This document shows positions 18,597-27,935 of a stretch of DNA of 64,000 bases, one piece after another (within the stretch, counting starts at the first letter, position 1; each line of letters opens with the position of its first letter). The notes under the pieces were generated by a model. It made no database searches. It was not told the DNA's origin and saw only the letters and a program-made list of their open reading frames with translations. This stretch comes from Candidatus Omnitrophota bacterium (GTDB taxonomy: Bacteria; Omnitrophota; Gorgyraeia; JAGLLT01): the NCBI GenBank assembly GCA_023140385.1, contig JAGLLT010000017.1:1754-65753 (forward strand). Direction: 5' to 3'. Both the position numbers and the translations under genes were made by a program.

Positions 18597-18946
18597 ATAT
18601 CAACACTCAACCTTTTATATTTTTTAGACTTTAACCCGGCCTTTATTCGGCCATAGACGTAGGCGGCGATATTCTCCGAGGTGGGATTAGCCTTCTTAAA
18701 GCAGTTTAAATCATTAAGACATCTGTGATCCAGCCTCTTTAAAACCCCTGCCAACAGTTTTTTCAAATCTTTAAAGTCCATGACCATACCCGTTGAATTT
18801 AATTTCTCACTCCAAATGCTCACTGACACCTTCCAGTTATGACCGTGCAGCCTTTCACACTTGCCTTTATACGCCCGAAGAAAATGCGCTGAGTTGAATT
18901 CGTCTAAAACCGTAATCTTATACATAATTAAACCTTTCTCACACAA
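18554..18946 (-). CDS. queD: 6-carboxy-5,6,7,8-tetrahydropterin synthase
   Basis: CERLHGHNWKV is the PTPS-family His motif. Length 130 aa. Confidence 0.8.
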   Translation of the reverse strand: MCEKGLIMYKITVLDEFNSAHFLRAYKGKCERLHGHNWKVSVSIWSEKLNSTGMVMDFKDLKKLLAGVLKRLDHRCLNDLNCFKKANPTSENIAAYVYGRIKAGLKSKKYKRLSVDIWETESSRASFAEE

Positions 18947-19725
18947 CTTATTTTTCTGCCTAAAAACTTTCCGCCCACCTTAACAAATTGAGCCGGCTCA
19001 TCGCTTACATAAAAGAGGCATCTTCCTTTTTGCTTCGCCCCCCGCAGGCCGCCGCTTAACTCTAAAAGTTCCTTTACATGCCCGGCAACCTCCTCGGCAG
19101 AGTTTATTAATTCAACCTCACGGCCCATAATCTTTCGAATTGCCTTCATTAATAAAGGATAATGAGTGCAAGCCAATATTAAAGTATCAATTTCTCTCTT
19201 TTTTAACTCCGATAAATATCTCCTGCCGATATTCAAAGTTATATCGTCATTAATCCAGTCTTCTTCAATCAGCGGCACAAAGAGAGGACAGCTTTTAGAA
19301 AAAATCTTAATCCTTTTGTTTATCCTTTTTAAAGCTTGATTATAAACATTACTTTTAATGGTACCGCGCGTTCCGATAACTCCAACACGCAGTCCGCGTG
19401 ACCTTTCGACGGCCTTTCTTACAGCCGGCTCAATAACACCTACCACCGGCACCTTGTATTTTTTTTTAAGAAGATTCAGGCTCAAACTACACGAGGTATT
19501 ACAGGCAACAACGATAATCTTAACCTTGTGTTTTATTAAAAAGTCGGCGTTTTCAATCGAAAACCTGGAAATTGTCTTTTTGGATTTGTTGCCGTAGGGA
19601 ACGCGCGCCGTATCTCCAAAGTAAACAATATTTTCATTCGGAAGCGCCTTCAGCAGTTCCCTGATTACCGTAAGCCCTCCTAATCCTGAATCAAATATCC
19701 CTATAGCCTGATTATTTTCCATCAT
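18928..19725 (-). CDS. murI: Glutamate racemase
   Basis: IGIFDSGLGGLTV and VVACNTSC (catalytic Cys) are present, plus a second catalytic ACTHYP. Confidence 0.85.
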   Translation of the reverse strand: MMENNQAIGIFDSGLGGLTVIRELLKALPNENIVYFGDTARVPYGNKSKKTISRFSIENADFLIKHKVKIIVVACNTSCSLSLNLLKKKYKVPVVGVIEPAVRKAVERSRGLRVGVIGTRGTIKSNVYNQALKRINKRIKIFSKSCPLFVPLIEEDWINDDITLNIGRRYLSELKKREIDTLILACTHYPLLMKAIRKIMGREVELINSAEEVAGHVKELLELSGGLRGAKQKGRCLFYVSDEPAQFVKVGGKFLGRKISCVRKV

Positions 19726-19731
19726 CCGCGC

Positions 19732-20859
19732 TTATCTGGTAAAACCATCTGTTTCTTCGTAGCGATCTTTATAGTTCAGTATCCCCTTAACCAGGGCGTC
19801 GGCAACGCGATGTCTGTAAGACGCCTGCTTTAACATAGCTTCTTCGCGCTTGTTTGAGATAAAGGCCATCTCTACAAGGACTGACGGTGATCGGACACCT
19901 TTTAAAACGTAAAAGCGGGCGCTTTTAACGCCGCGGTTTTTACCTATACCGTCAGCCTGCATTGAATCACACATACACTTTGCCATCTCCTTAGACTCTA
20001 ACCTGTATTCATCATAAAGCATATCCCAAACCGCGGCTTCCGCATTTTTTGTCGGCTTAACATTAAAATCGCATTCCGTCTCCCAGACAGCATTTTCTAC
20101 CGCCTGTACCGCCCGGGCACTGTCGTCAAGGGCATCCGATAAATAAAAAACCTCAAAACCTGAAGGCCGGCGGTTTCTATGGGCATTAGCGTGGATACTG
20201 ATAAAAAAGTCTGGACTATTTTTATTGGAAATACTCGTTCTCTGCCAGAGAGATATATACCTGTCCGTATCCCTGGTCATCACAACCTCAATTCCGCGAT
20301 CTTCCAGCATTCTCTTCACACGTTTTGAAACATCCAGCGCTACAACCTTTTCTTTTAGTCCATAGCGGCCTACGGCGCCCGGATCTTTGCCGCCGTGGCC
20401 GGCATCAATAACTATCTTCCTTATGCGATTTCTCTCTTCACCCCTGCCCGGCAGCCTGCCAAAGCCCCTGTTGAAAAGCCTATCAAGCCTTTCTTCAATT
20501 AACGATAACGGAATAAATACACTACCTCGATAAAGTATAACAGCCGCATCCGTATATACTGTACTTCCATCTATAAGAAGAACTTCGGCGTCAGGCCTGA
20601 GCACGGCCGTGTGGCCGTCCTTTTTCAGAAGCAATCGCCGCGAAACTACATCATAGTCCCGCCTAAGCCGGTAAATACCCGAAAAAACAGTTGCCGCTAC
20701 ATACTTGTCTCCGCCTATCCTAATAGCTTCTTTCCTCGCGGAAATCAAGGCCTCGTTTACCGGAAGGCGGCCGCCTTTGGCGCAACCCTGGACAACAAAC
20801 AAAAGTAATAAAAAAATAACTGCTAATATTTTTTTAAAAGCAGTTTTATTAATTTTCAT
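19732..20859 (-). CDS. amiC: N-acetylmuramoyl-L-alanine amidase (Amidase_3) with an N-terminal AMIN-like domain
   Basis: IVIDAGHGGKDPGAVG and FISIHANA are Zn-ligand motifs. Signal peptide present. Confidence 0.8.
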   Translation of the reverse strand: MKINKTAFKKILAVIFLLLLFVVQGCAKGGRLPVNEALISARKEAIRIGGDKYVAATVFSGIYRLRRDYDVVSRRLLLKKDGHTAVLRPDAEVLLIDGSTVYTDAAVILYRGSVFIPLSLIEERLDRLFNRGFGRLPGRGEERNRIRKIVIDAGHGGKDPGAVGRYGLKEKVVALDVSKRVKRMLEDRGIEVVMTRDTDRYISLWQRTSISNKNSPDFFISIHANAHRNRRPSGFEVFYLSDALDDSARAVQAVENAVWETECDFNVKPTKNAEAAVWDMLYDEYRLESKEMAKCMCDSMQADGIGKNRGVKSARFYVLKGVRSPSVLVEMAFISNKREEAMLKQASYRHRVADALVKGILNYKDRYEETDGFTR

Positions 20860-20865
20860 CTTTAC

Positions 20866-21447
20866 TCACTCAGCGCTCTCTTGACCATTATCAGCCGCTT
20901 CCCTGAAAAAACCCCCATAGTCGCTAAAAAAATCTTCACTGTCAAAAGAACTACTATTAGACAAAAGCCCCGTTAAAGACTCATAAACTCCCGGGGTTAT
21001 CATATAGACGCGCTTTGCCAGGGTAAAATCATTACCGTTTCGCGGTATAAAATCCGCTATCGGGCTCATCGCCGCTATTACAAAAATAAGGCTGATAACA
21101 ATAAGGCCCCGCAGAACGCCTAAGGCCAGGCCGCCCGGCTTATCCACTATCCATATGAGCCGTACCTTTATTTTACCAAACACCCTGTTATTTATAAATA
21201 TAAGTAACGCGTAAAAAAACATTAAAAGGACACCAAAAGATAAAGCGTCAAGAATCAACGAACCTTCAGCGAATAAACTACCCGCTAAACCGCCAAGGCG
21301 GCTACTTGCTTCTTTAAAAAGAATAAAGGTTAGCACGAAAGAAATAAAAACATTAAAAAATGATACTATTTCCAGGAACAGCCCTTTTTTAAAGCCAAAA
21401 AGTGCATAGGTTGTTACAATAGCGATAATTATCGCGGGCAATATCAT
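20866..21447 (-). CDS. cvpA: CvpA-family membrane protein
   Basis: 4-TM small membrane protein with a CvpA-like N-terminus (MILPAIIIAIVTTYALFGFKKGLFLEI). Confidence 0.65.
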   Translation of the reverse strand: MILPAIIIAIVTTYALFGFKKGLFLEIVSFFNVFISFVLTFILFKEASSRLGGLAGSLFAEGSLILDALSFGVLLMFFYALLIFINNRVFGKIKVRLIWIVDKPGGLALGVLRGLIVISLIFVIAAMSPIADFIPRNGNDFTLAKRVYMITPGVYESLTGLLSNSSSFDSEDFFSDYGGFFREAADNGQESAE

Positions 21448-23012
21448 TGAATCTTTCTCTTGGTAAAAAATTTAGTCGCGGGCACAACCGCGTTCAGCTC
21501 CTCCAGCGTCGTCTCGCCCGCCTCAACCCTTCTCACGCCCTGCTCCCTTAAATCCCGCATTCCCCATTTAGCATAATTTTCTCTGATGACATCAGGCGCG
21601 GTGTCACTAAAAATTAACTCTCTCAACTCTTTGTCGGCAAAGAGTATTTCAAAAAGCGCCGTTCTTCCTCTATAGCCGGTATAATTGCACTTAGGACAGC
21701 CCTTGGCTTTATAGACATTTTTTACACCCCTCTCTTCCAAGACGGTATCACGCTCCACTTTTTCCTTACAGTCAGGACAGAGAATACGGATTAGCCTCTG
21801 AGCTATAATTGCCAGCAAGGACGACGATAGGTGATGGGGCGTTATCTCAAAGTCCCTTAATCTTGTTATAGCGTTAGCCGCGTCAATAGAGTGCATGGTG
21901 CTTAAGACCAGATGCCCCGTATCAGCCGCTTGATTGGCTATTTTGGCAGTTTCACCATCTCTGATCTCTCCCACCATAATAACGTCGGGATCCTGGCGAA
22001 GCATCGATCTCAGGCCCTGCACAAAATCAACACCGGCCTTAACATTTATCTGCTGCTGGCTTACACCGGGAAGCTCATACTCAACCGGATCTTCAATAGT
22101 CATTATGTTATACTTTTCCGGATTAACTTTCTTTATAATGCTGTAAAGAGTAGTAGTCTTTCCGCATCCTGTCGGCCCGCAGATTAAAACCATCCCGTGC
22201 GGCTTAGAAACAACCTGCTCTATGCGGCTAAGGTCGTCTTTTAAAAAGCCCAGATTCTCAAGGCTCAAAAGCATACCGTCTCTCCTTAAAATTCTGATAG
22301 CAATCTTTTCACCAAAGATAGCATAGGAGGTAGAAACCCTCAAATCATATTTTTTCCCGCCCACCTCAACCTCAAAACGTCCGCTTTGGGCCTCCTTCCT
22401 TTGGGCTATATCCAGGCCGGCCAGCATCTTAAGCATTGCCGTCACCCTCACTCCCAGTTCTCTGGGGGGGGCGATTACGTCATAAAGCACTCCATCTATT
22501 CTTTGCCTGACCCGAACCTTTTCCTTCTCGGGGTCAAAATGAATATCCGTCGCCCTTTCATAAATTGCCCGGGCAATATAAAACTTAACAACGCTCCATA
22601 CCCTGCTTTTAGCATCCTTGCCGGCTCCCTGCTCTATATCCAACCCCGCATAGTCAAATAACTTAATTATACGGGGATCAAAGTTTTTTACCTTATCAAG
22701 GAATATTTGGTGGGCAACGTCCGAATGAATGAGCTTATTGCAATGGGGACAGGTAAAAAGATTTGTCTCGCTTAATACTTTAGTTAAATCATAACCGCAA
22801 TAGTCACACTTAATGGGACCCTTTGTGTTCCTGCACGCAAGATAGGCCAAAAAGCCGAAGATGTTAAAAAAAAGAGTAGCGGTTGTCCAGAAAGTCTGAG
22901 ATCTCAGCCTCTTTTTATCCGCGTCACGGTTCACCCAGATAACCATTTGAAGAGAAATATAAACGCAGACAAATATTATTAATACAATCCTAATAAGGCC
23001 TGAATCAATCAT
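21444..23012 (-). CDS. GspE/PilB-family secretion ATPase fused to an N-terminal PLDc_N-like membrane domain and zinc ribbon
   Basis: Two N-terminal TM helices carry a W…GFLAYL motif (PLDc_N-like), followed by CDYCGYD…CPHCNKL. The GspE ATPase core has Walker A LICGPTGCGKTTTLYS and tetracysteine CPDC…CPKC. The N1 and MshEN domains are absent. Confidence 0.75.
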   Translation of the reverse strand: MIDSGLIRIVLIIFVCVYISLQMVIWVNRDADKKRLRSQTFWTTATLFFNIFGFLAYLACRNTKGPIKCDYCGYDLTKVLSETNLFTCPHCNKLIHSDVAHQIFLDKVKNFDPRIIKLFDYAGLDIEQGAGKDAKSRVWSVVKFYIARAIYERATDIHFDPEKEKVRVRQRIDGVLYDVIAPPRELGVRVTAMLKMLAGLDIAQRKEAQSGRFEVEVGGKKYDLRVSTSYAIFGEKIAIRILRRDGMLLSLENLGFLKDDLSRIEQVVSKPHGMVLICGPTGCGKTTTLYSIIKKVNPEKYNIMTIEDPVEYELPGVSQQQINVKAGVDFVQGLRSMLRQDPDVIMVGEIRDGETAKIANQAADTGHLVLSTMHSIDAANAITRLRDFEITPHHLSSSLLAIIAQRLIRILCPDCKEKVERDTVLEERGVKNVYKAKGCPKCNYTGYRGRTALFEILFADKELRELIFSDTAPDVIRENYAKWGMRDLREQGVRRVEAGETTLEELNAVVPATKFFTKRKIQ

Positions 23013-23125
23013 TCACAAATACTCCGGGCTAATATTAAACTATCCCACTCCGAAAAATATTGCTTCCGACACATCATCATTTATACCAGAAAGTTACCAA
23101 AAAAGCAAGTACAATTGGAGCGGGT

Positions 23126-23383
23126 TCATTTATACTTGACTATCATAGCTACAATTAAAAGGGATAAGATGAGCATGGCCGCGTTGGTCAGCATTATAGG
23201 CAATGAACCTGTTAATATCCCATAAATCAGCCATAAAAATATGCCCACAGAAAGCATAGAAAACGTAGTTAAAGATAAATCACCCACCCGCTTCGTCTTA
23301 TAAATCCTCATCACCTGAGGCAAAAAAGAAAGCGTACATAAAACACCCGCGCACAACCCGATTATTAAACTGATCATTTTCAA
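23126..23383 (-). CDS. SemiSWEET / PQ-loop family transporter
   Basis: 85 aa with 3 TM helices and an LPQV PQ-motif. Confidence 0.6.
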   Translation of the reverse strand: MKMISLIIGLCAGVLCTLSFLPQVMRIYKTKRVGDLSLTTFSMLSVGIFLWLIYGILTGSLPIMLTNAAMLILSLLIVAMIVKYK

Positions 23384-23476
23384 CTCACCTTTTTTAATAA
23401 TTAGGAGTACTTCCTAATTAAAATTTTTCTACTAATATTATTGTACCAAATTTTGCAAATTGCACAATTAAATGTT

Positions 23477-23914
23477 TTATTCTTCCTCCTCAGGCCGATA
23501 AGAACGCTCCCTTTTTTTCTTACTCCTCTTTGCCTTAGCTTCCAGCATCTTTTCCTTGGCCCTTTTGGACCGTTTACGTTTTTGCCTTTTTATTTTTTCT
23601 ATTTGCTTTCTCTCCGCGGACAGTTTCCCCATGACAAGAGTTTCAATTTTATTAACCAGAATCCTCCGGGCCAAAAATCTATTTTGAACCTGAGACCGCT
23701 CGCGCTGGCATTTCACCTCAAGGCCGCTTGGCTTATGCTTCAGATAAACACAGGTAGAAGTCTTATTAACATTTTGCCCCCCCTTACCCCCCGAGCGGAT
23801 AAACTTCTCCTCAATGTCTTTTTCAAAAACCCCCAGCTCCCGCATCTTCTTCTTCAAAGTTTCTCTTTTAGCTTCGCTTACAGTACCCATAATGGCAATT
23901 CCAAGTTCTGTCAA
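23477..23914 (-). CDS. arfB: Alternative ribosome-rescue factor ArfB (peptidyl-tRNA hydrolase, RF-like)
   Basis: SGGKGGQNVNKTST GGQ motif and a basic C-terminal tail. Length 145 aa. Confidence 0.85.
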   Translation of the reverse strand: MTELGIAIMGTVSEAKRETLKKKMRELGVFEKDIEEKFIRSGGKGGQNVNKTSTCVYLKHKPSGLEVKCQRERSQVQNRFLARRILVNKIETLVMGKLSAERKQIEKIKRQKRKRSKRAKEKMLEAKAKRSKKKRERSYRPEEEE

Positions 23915-23925
23915 AAATAGTTAAC

Positions 23926-24015
23926 TTTAATAACCAATAACCAAGAAACAAGATACAAACAATATTCAAATTTCAATATCCAATAATCAAACAGTCACTC
24001 CTGTCTTGTTTGGTT
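23926..24015. repeat. aaccaataaccaag…acaagatacaaacaata element (copy A) with internal inverted repeat
   Basis: About 85% identical over ~65 bp to 27771-27838. It ends with an inverted segment ctgtcttgtttggttattc. Confidence 0.55.
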
Positions 24016-24072
24016 ATTCAGGAAATTTCTCCGCTAATTTTTCCTGTAAATAAAGTGCCTTTTTTAATGGGG

Positions 24073-24579
24073 TCAGGTCTCAACATTCAACACTTTCTTT
24101 AACTTATCTTTCATCATGCTAACTGCAAAATCTCTATCGTCAACCTTTGCCTGTTGTATATTAAAATTGTATACTTCCCTGATACCTTTTTGTTTTAAGC
24201 GTTTTTTTATACTATTAATACATTTTTCCACGCCCGTGCCGCTCCCATAGGTTGTAAATACAATCGCGTCTTTACCGCCGGCGTTTAGCATTTTATCAAG
24301 GTAGGTATTTACCGCGGGCGTCGGCGCGAACGCCCATACGGGAGAACCTATACATACTAAATCATACCCCGCCAAATCAAAATTAACATCATCAGAAAGA
24401 ACCGCCTCCCGTCCCCGAAGCGCGTCAAGGCACTGAAGAAAGAAATTTCTTTTTTCATTTTCAGGTTTTAATTTATGTACGTCTACCGTAAAACCTTTGT
24501 CTTTTAACAGGCCAACAAGCACCTTAGCCGTTTTTTCAGTGTTGCCGCCATATGAATAATACACTACTAAAGTTTTCAT
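24073..24579 (-). CDS. Flavodoxin-family protein
   Basis: MKTLVVYYSYGGNTEKTAKV is an FMN-binding loop. ATG 24579 is preceded by GGAGGA. Confidence 0.7.
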   Translation of the reverse strand: MKTLVVYYSYGGNTEKTAKVLVGLLKDKGFTVDVHKLKPENEKRNFFLQCLDALRGREAVLSDDVNFDLAGYDLVCIGSPVWAFAPTPAVNTYLDKMLNAGGKDAIVFTTYGSGTGVEKCINSIKKRLKQKGIREVYNFNIQQAKVDDRDFAVSMMKDKLKKVLNVET

Positions 24580-24614
24580 ATCAACCGCTCCTCCGCTTTT
24601 CACTTCTTGTATCC

Positions 24615-24677
24615 AGACGTTCGCCTTCGCTCACTCTAAGGATTAAGACGCTCACCGTGTTCGCTCTAAGGATTAAG
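24615..24677. repeat. Dispersed ~30-bp repeat family (ttcgctc[a]ctctaaggattaagacgctca), two tandem units
   Basis: Same family as 25046-25135 and 28745-28828. Seen directly. Confidence 0.7.
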
Positions 24678-25019
24678 TTTACTCTGTAAGCCACAGAGCA
24701 TCTTTCCTACTTCATTACACATATTACTTACTTTATTAGTTACAACCTCGTCAAGATAATTTAAATCTTTACTTAATATAATATGATATTTCGTTTCTTC
24801 CAGAGAAGCATCGGCTAAATTTAAAAAATGAGAATAATCTCGTTTACCTTTTCTTTTAAATCCTTCAACAATATTAGTAGGAATAGAACTTGCCGAACGT
24901 CTTAGTTGAGAAGTAAGGCCAAATTTTTCTTCGTTTGGAAAACTTCTTGTAATCTTATATATCTCCAACACTAACATATGCGCCTTCTGCCAAACCTTTA
25001 GATCCTTAAAAGTTTTCAT
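24666..25019 (-). CDS. Four-helix-bundle protein (23S rRNA IVS protein / Avd-like family), intact
   Basis: 117 aa. LKVWQKAHMLVLEIYKITRSFP…GLTSQLRRSASSIPTNIVEG… is the canonical family signature. Confidence 0.8.
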   Translation of the reverse strand: MKTFKDLKVWQKAHMLVLEIYKITRSFPNEEKFGLTSQLRRSASSIPTNIVEGFKRKGKRDYSHFLNLADASLEETKYHIILSKDLNYLDEVVTNKVSNMCNEVGKMLCGLQSKLNP

Positions 25020-25045
25020 TTATTTTCGCAATCTCGTTTTTACTT

Positions 25046-25135
25046 AATCCTGTCATCAAGACGCTCATTTCATTCGCTCTAAGGATTAAGACGCTCACTT
25101 TGTTCGCTTTAAGGATTAAGTTCCTTTTACTTAAT
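25046..25135. repeat. Dispersed ~30-bp repeat family, two tandem units in direct orientation relative to 24615-24677
   Basis: gacgctcatttcattcgctctaaggattaag is identical over ~31 bp to 28786-28816. Confidence 0.7.
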
Positions 25136-25264
25136 CCCCAACTTTACACTTAAGATTCAATCTTATATGCAAAGCTAACTCTCAATCTTTGCCTACCCCG
25201 CATATGAACGGAGTGAATTGTTCGGGGTTTTACTTAATCCCTTTTCTTCTATTTTTTGCTTTTA

Positions 25265-25325
25265 ACTTAATCCTTAGAGCTCACCATCACTTTGTCATTG
25301 GTGAGCGTCTTAATCCTTAATCCTG
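25265..25325. repeat. Inverted copy of the same repeat family (cttaatccttagagc … ggtgagcgtcttaatccttaatcc), overlapping the recQ 3' end
   Basis: It is the reverse complement of gctctaaggattaag and ggattaaggattaagacgctcacc. It contains its own hairpin ggtgagc…gctcacc. Confidence 0.6.
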
Positions 25326-27150
25326 TTTGTAAATCCTGTTTTATTACCTCAATAAACACACCAGCATATGCTTTCAACTTATGTTCGCCGACACCGTAGA
25401 TATTCGCGAACTCGTCCTTGGTAAGCGGCTTTTTTGCCGCCATATCCTTGAGAGCCTTGTCTCCAAATATAATATACGCCGGCACCCCTTTCTTTCGCGC
25501 GAGTTCCGCCCTCTTATCGCGCAATCTCTGAAACAAACCCTGATCTACTCCGGCCCAATCCTGCTCCCTGCGTTTTGACCTTTGCCTCGCAATCTGCTTT
25601 TTCTTTTCCCGGACAAGCGGCTTCGCCAGCACCGGAACCGCCTCCGCGTCCAACAACTGCCGCCCCTTATCAGTCACCGACAAGGTGGAAAACTCCCCCT
25701 CCCGCCGCAAAAAATCCTGGCCGAGAAGCTGTTCAATCATATAGCGTATAAACGGCGCGGTCTCATTTACCATTATACCGAACATTGATAACTCATTATG
25801 CCGCAGGGACGCTATCTTATCAAGCATCTTACCTTTTAAAACATCAGTGATATACCCAGCGCCAAATCCGTATTCGTCCTGCCTCACACTCTCCACACAG
25901 GATACGATATTCTGCCCCACAACCAGCGGATCCTCAACCATCTCCAGCTCGCGCAAACAATAATCACAGGCATTACACATATCCACATCATAGGGTTGTC
26001 CGAAATAATTCACAAGCACCTTATGGCGGCATTGCGGTTGAGCGCAAAAATTATACATAACCCCCAGCTTTTCCATTAGCACCGCGCACTCAGGAGATTT
26101 TTTAGCAAAAAAAGTCCACAACCCATAATCCCCGCCGCTGTAAAACATATAACAAAATGCCGGCAGGCCGTCACGGCCGGCACGGCCGATTTCCTGTTGA
26201 TATTGCTCAACGCTCTTAGGCATCCCCGTGTGAACCACAAAACGTATATTCGACCGGTCAATTCCCATGCCAAAAGCCACCGTTGCCACAATAATATTTA
26301 CCTCTTCACGCATAAAACGATTCTGGCTTATATGACGCTCTTTATCAGGCATACCGGCGTGATAGGGCATATTATCAAACCCCAGCCGCTTCAATTTTAT
26401 CGACATACTATCCACATCTTTACGGCGCAGGCAGTAGATAATACCCGGCTCATTATTATGCCGCTCTAAAACCTCCGTTACCTGCTTAATAATCTGCTGG
26501 CGAGGTATTACCCGGTACGTCAAATTAGGCCTGTCCACCAGCCCGATATGCATCATCGGATTGGACAATTCCAACTGGCTCACAATATCATCCTGCACCT
26601 CTTTCGTTGCCGTGGCTGTAAAAGCATGCACGCTGGCCGCCTTAAATATTTTTTTTATCATCCCCAGCGCCCGGTAATCCGCCCTGAAATCATGCCCCCA
26701 ATGACTTATACAATGCGCCTCGTCAATCACAAAAAAAGAAACGCCGATATCCTTTAATAAATTAATTGCCGCCTCATTCTGCAATCGTTCCGGCGACATA
26801 TATAAAAGTTTTACGTTCCCCTGCCGGCAATCCTCAATCGCGGCTCTCTGCTCGACGGCAGATAAGCTTGAGTTTAAATATGCCGCCGCGATGCCCATAT
26901 CACTGAGCGCGTCTACCTGGTCCTTCATCAGCGAGATTAGCGGAGAGATAACCACAAATATCCCTTCTTCCATCAACGCGGGCAGCTGAAAACACAGCGA
27001 CTTTCCTCCGCCCGTCGGCAGTACCGTCAAGCTATCCTTACCCTTAAGTATAGAACAAATCGTTTCTTCCTGTAGAGGTAAAAAGCATTTATATCCCCAG
27101 TGCCGCTCTAATACCCTGCGTATTTTTTCTTTCATTTTCAATAAGACCAA
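25267..27150 (-). CDS. recQ: ATP-dependent DNA helicase RecQ (with RQC and HRDC)
   Basis: Helicase motifs are present: [17 protein letters not shown] ([17 protein letters not shown]) and a Zn-binding Cys cluster. The C-terminal HRDC region is [16 protein letters not shown]…. Confidence 0.9.
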   Translation of the reverse strand: MVLLKMKEKIRRVLERHWGYKCFLPLQEETICSILKGKDSLTVLPTGGGKSLCFQLPALMEEGIFVVISPLISLMKDQVDALSDMGIAAAYLNSSLSAVEQRAAIEDCRQGNVKLLYMSPERLQNEAAINLLKDIGVSFFVIDEAHCISHWGHDFRADYRALGMIKKIFKAASVHAFTATATKEVQDDIVSQLELSNPMMHIGLVDRPNLTYRVIPRQQIIKQVTEVLERHNNEPGIIYCLRRKDVDSMSIKLKRLGFDNMPYHAGMPDKERHISQNRFMREEVNIIVATVAFGMGIDRSNIRFVVHTGMPKSVEQYQQEIGRAGRDGLPAFCYMFYSGGDYGLWTFFAKKSPECAVLMEKLGVMYNFCAQPQCRHKVLVNYFGQPYDVDMCNACDYCLRELEMVEDPLVVGQNIVSCVESVRQDEYGFGAGYITDVLKGKMLDKIASLRHNELSMFGIMVNETAPFIRYMIEQLLGQDFLRREGEFSTLSVTDKGRQLLDAEAVPVLAKPLVREKKKQIARQRSKRREQDWAGVDQGLFQRLRDKRAELARKKGVPAYIIFGDKALKDMAAKKPLTKDEFANIYGVGEHKLKAYAGVFIEVIKQDLQTGLRIKTLTNDKVMVSSKD

Positions 27151-27686
27151 AATTGATTTTTGCGTCCGGTTTGACTATTAATTATTATGTGCTTATCAGG
27201 AACAAGTTTGAGTGTATCGTGAATTGCCTGGTCAAAGGTATAAAGTTCAACATGTTTGCCATAGCGGTCTTTTATTTCAGTAATAACTTCCACGAAGTCT
27301 GAATCACCCGAGATAAGCGCGGCTACATCATATTGATCCGTAGCCGCCTTAGAAAACATATCCACGGCAATCTTAACATCAAGCCCTTTCTGAATCCATA
27401 CATTATGAACATGCACCAATCGCCCCAGTTTAACTTCAAAATAGGGAATGCTTAACTTAAGGCCCTTAAGATATTCATGCTGCTCGGTATAAGTACGAAG
27501 ATTTTCTTCTTTGCTAAACTCCGCGGAATAATAGTAACAACGAACCAGCTCCCTTCTTTCCGCTATCCACCCTATTATATTCATCCATTTAATGTCTTTA
27601 CGCCTAATAGGCCTTCGTGTTTTCCTTAAGTCCTTCACCTTCTGAACAACATACTCAGCATCAACAAAAATCATTATACGCTTCAT
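27138..27686 (-). CDS. NYN-domain (LabA-like / DUF88) protein
   Basis: It has MIFVDAEY…DVKIAVDM…LISGDSDF acidic residues typical of NYN/PIN-like nucleases. Its stop overlaps the recQ start. Confidence 0.7.
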   Translation of the reverse strand: MKRIMIFVDAEYVVQKVKDLRKTRRPIRRKDIKWMNIIGWIAERRELVRCYYYSAEFSKEENLRTYTEQHEYLKGLKLSIPYFEVKLGRLVHVHNVWIQKGLDVKIAVDMFSKAATDQYDVAALISGDSDFVEVITEIKDRYGKHVELYTFDQAIHDTLKLVPDKHIIINSQTGRKNQFWSY

Positions 27687-27712
27687 TTATTCCCTCCTTA
27701 TATAATAACGTT

Positions 27713-27935
27713 AATTTTAACCAATATCCAAGCCGCCATCTTTGTTTTGTTTCGGTTTGATTATTCGAAATTTTAAATAACCAATAACCAAGTTACAAGA
27801 TACAAACAATAACCAATATTCAATAACCAATCATCAAACATTCGCGTCTGTTTCGGTTTGGTTATTTGATTTTGGTCATTGGTTATTATTTGGTTATTGT
27901 TTCTTGTATCTTGGTTATTGTTTACTTGTACCCAT
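27713..27935. repeat. Long imperfect palindrome built from aaccaataaccaag/acaagatacaaacaata units (copy B)
   Basis: The left arm 27771-27838 and right arm 27846-27935 are reverse complements of each other (ttggttattgtttcttgtatcttggttattg). Confidence 0.6.

Noticed and set aside
18900-18960. preQ1 riboswitch upstream of queD
   Set aside because: The queD start overlaps the murI stop, so there is no untranslated leader to hold one.
23441-23920. 159-aa plus-strand ORF
   Set aside because: It is entirely antisense to arfB, which has the diagnostic GGQ motif, and is low-complexity proline/leucine-rich. It is a shadow ORF.
24666-25019. The four-helix-bundle (Avd-like) gene, as part of a diversity-generating retroelement
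   Set aside because: There is no reverse transcriptase, template/variable repeat pair or target gene nearby. The flanking repeats are short direct repeats, not TR/VR.
24615-25135. The flanking repeats, as integron attC sites
   Set aside because: They are tandem direct 30-mers, not 57-141-bp imperfect palindromes. There is no intI and no cassette array.
25267-27686. NYN + RecQ, as a phage-defence helicase-nuclease pair
   Set aside because: The RecQ has the full housekeeping architecture (DEAH, RQC Zn site, HRDC) and normal size. There are no hallmark defence partners. It is kept only as a low-interest operon observation.
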